Shown here: in pieces, positions 62,284 to 64,000 of the stretch
Numbering within the stretch: position 1 is the first letter of the stretch
How the letters are laid out: each line of letters opens with the position of its first letter
Assembly: GCA_041666545.1 (NCBI GenBank)
Contig: JBAYGS010000005.1
Location: 18,842-82,841 of the forward strand
DNA: 64,000 nucleotides
Direction of reading: 5' to 3'
Origin: Minisyncoccota bacterium
GTDB lineage: Bacteria; Patescibacteriota; Minisyncoccia; Phycocordibacterales; JBAYGS01
Notes under the pieces: generated by a model
What the model saw: the letters and a program-made list of their open reading frames with translations, nothing else
What the model was told of the DNA's origin: nothing
The model's database searches: none
Program-made: the position numbers and the translations under genes

Positions 62284-64000
62284 TTATTCCGAGACCACTC
62301 GGAGTACTTCCTCAATCGTCGTCATACCTTGCACGGCTTTGAAAATTCCGTCTTCAAGCATAGTGAGCATCCCCTCTTTACGCGCTTGTGATTCGATTTG
62401 CGCCGAAGTTGCGCCTTTCATAACCAACTCTTTAATTGTCGCCGTCATTTTTAAAACCTCATGAATGCCAACTCGTCCGGAAAAACCGTCGGGACATTCG
62501 GAAGTTTTCTTTGGCCGATAAAACGGCACTTTATCCCAAGTATCGTCTTTGTGAATCACATTTTCTTTTTTGAGTTCAGACAAAAGCCGGTCCATATCGA
62601 TGTTTTTATCAAGCTGTTCAAGCTCGGCTTTGCTCAAAAAGTACCTCTCTTTGTCTTGGCAAAGTCTCCGAACCAGACGCTGGCCAATGACCACATTTAG
62701 AGTCGACACCAAGAGAAACGGCTCGGCGTGCATATCCAGAAGCCGAGGCATCGCGCCGGCTGCCGAGTTGGTGTGCAAGGTTGAAAGCACCAAGTGGCCG
62801 GTAAGTGCCGCGTTAATCGCCAAAGCAGCCGTTTCGTTGTCACGGATTTCACCAACCATAATGATGTCCGGGTCTTGACGAACCAGGGTTCGCAAACCGG
62901 AGGCAAACGAGAAGCCGATTTCTGGCTTAACCTGGGTCTGATTGACCCTAGACATTTGATATTCGATTGGATCCTCGATGGTTGAAATATTCACATCTGG
63001 AGTATTCAAGATTTCCAGCATTGTATACAAGGTGGTTGATTTACCGGAACCGGTTGGGCCGGTCGTAAGCAACATTCCAGTCTTTTGTTTCAAGCCTTCG
63101 TGCACCCGCTCAAGTGACTCGCCATGAAAGCCCATACCTTCCAAGGTAAAACCGGAAACATTTTCTCGCAACAAGCGCATCACAGTTTTTTCACCGTAAT
63201 AAACCGGCAAAATTGAGACACGGAAAGAAACTTTTTCGTTGTTAAGTTCGATTTTAAACCGGCCGTCCTGTGGTAAGCGCTTTTCATCGAGTTTCAGGCT
63301 TGATAAAACTTTGATACGGGCAGTGATACTGGACTCGACATTTTTCGGCAACACCATGGCATCGTGCAAAATACCGTCGATTCGATAACGAACCAGGAGT
63401 TCACTCTCCATCGGCTCAATATGGATATCGGAAGAACCCTGGAGAATGGCATGCTTTAACAGAGTGTCGACAATTCGGACCACCGGCAAATCTTCAGCCA
63501 GTTTTTTGAGATCTTTTTCTGAAGTCTCGCTCACCTCCCCGACCCCGGAAACCATTTTCAGAGTTTGTGCCTCTTTTTGAATGATGTCGCCAAATTCGGC
63601 TTTCAAACTTTTTTGGTACTGAAGCAGAGTGCTTTTAATCGATTCGGTATCGGTCAGTCGAGGCAGAATTTTGAGGCCAACTTTTTTCTTAATGAAGTCG
63701 ATAGCGTTTAAGTCATCGGTATCAAGCATTGCCACCTCGAGGGAGTCGGCGCTCTTTTTGAAAGCCACAATATTATGAGTCCGTGCCACCGGTTCAGGGA
63801 TGGTCGAGAGGATACTGAAATCGATTCTCTGACTCTTGAGGTCAACAAAGGGGATGCCCAAAACATAGGCCTGCATTCGACGCAAATCATCTTCAGTAAT
63901 CTTGCCCTTATTCACCAGAAGTTCGGTGACTTTGACTTTCTTTTTCTTAGCTTCTTCAATCGCCTCTTCAAATTCGGCCTTGGAAACCAGGCCGGAGTCG
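62284..64000 (-). CDS. pilB: Type IV pilus assembly ATPase PilB (GspE family); the N-terminus continues beyond the right edge of the window
   Basis: Walker A GPTGSGKSTT, the Asp and His boxes, and a C-terminal zinc tetracysteine. The reading frame stays open upstream of the first Met, to position 64000. Confidence 0.9.
   Translation of the reverse strand, partial: DSGLVSKAEFEEAIEEAKKKKVKVTELLVNKGKITEDDLRRMQAYVLGIPFVDLKSQRIDFSILSTIPEPVARTHNIVAFKKSADSLEVAMLDTDDLNAIDFIKKKVGLKILPRLTDTESIKSTLLQYQKSLKAEFGDIIQKEAQTLKMVSGVGEVSETSEKDLKKLAEDLPVVRIVDTLLKHAILQGSSDIHIEPMESELLVRYRIDGILHDAMVLPKNVESSITARIKVLSSLKLDEKRLPQDGRFKIELNNEKVSFRVSILPVYYGEKTVMRLLRENVSGFTLEGMGFHGESLERVHEGLKQKTGMLLTTGPTGSGKSTTLYTMLEILNTPDVNISTIEDPIEYQMSRVNQTQVKPEIGFSFASGLRTLVRQDPDIIMVGEIRDNETAALAINAALTGHLVLSTLHTNSAAGAMPRLLDMHAEPFLLVSTLNVVIGQRLVRRLCQDKERYFLSKAELEQLDKNIDMDRLLSELKKENVIHKDDTWDKVPFYRPKKTSECPDGFSGRVGIHEVLKMTATIKELVMKGATSAQIESQARKEGMLTMLEDGIFKAVQGMTTIEEVLRVVSE

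Noticed and set aside
1-64000. CRISPR arrays, rRNA genes, canonical tRNAs.
   Set aside because: I found no regularly spaced direct repeats with unique spacers, no rRNA-like conserved blocks and no cloverleaf tRNA other than the tRNA-like end of tmRNA. The many short repeats are dispersed, not arrayed.

Overview
This 64-kb window reads as a streamlined bacterial chromosome segment, possibly from a Candidate Phyla Radiation (CPR)/Patescibacteria-like genome. That placement is inference only and rests on four observations: no L30 gene between S5 and L15, a roughly 200-aa NDK, a type IV pilus plus ComEC competence machinery, and many genes with no Shine-Dalgarno sequence.

Most of the window is a long minus-strand ribosomal-protein superoperon, with a translation-factor operon, a competence-pilus cluster and a tmRNA locus around it:
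- ssrA/tmRNA next to smpB, with the remnant of an integrated element (nucleotidyltransferase fragment, excisionase-like HTH, truncated large serine recombinase) abutting the tmRNA 3' end.
- infC-rpmI-rplT on the plus strand.
- rpsL-rpsG-fusA-tuf-rpsJ-rplC...rplO-secY-adk-map on the minus strand.
- tpiA-pgk, then pilB-pilC, three prepilin-like genes and a large pilus-associated gene.

The superoperon is interrupted at least six times by opposite-strand or foreign-looking inserts, two of which are toxin-antitoxin pairs (HicAB after map, DinJ/YafQ between rpsJ and rplC):
- 16919..17825, two small membrane proteins between adk and secY.
- 26597..26968, a GC-rich gene with its own promoter and strong SD between rpsS and rplB.
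- 29990..32450, a MITE, two unknown genes and DinJ/YafQ between rplC and rpsJ.
- 34265..35503, an N-acetylmuramoyl-L-alanine amidase between tuf and fusA.
- 37925..38628, two unknown genes between fusA and rpsG.
- HicAB downstream of map, where infA/rpmJ would normally be.

The window is unusually dense in short dispersed repeat families. At least eight are described below. Members sit exactly at gene boundaries; one is inserted in-frame inside recJ and another supplies the C-terminus and stop codon of pgk.

Other notable genes:
- An FtsK/HerA-superfamily (VirB4/VirD4-like) ATPase of 912 aa.
- A standalone small-alarmone-hydrolase-like HD protein.
- A P-II (GlnB) protein followed by a tandem-repeat protein.
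- A beta-CASP MBL RNase.
- A cell-surface locus with a tail-fibre-like protein carrying an intramolecular-chaperone domain.
- A split ComEC with an Fe/Mn superoxide dismutase gene between the halves.
- An RNase H with a C-terminal hybrid-binding-like extension.
- A four-helix-bundle (rRNA intervening-sequence-type) gene between pilB and pilC.

No rRNA, canonical tRNA or CRISPR array was seen. Hand-read coordinates for repeats and RNA ends may be off by 1-2 nt.
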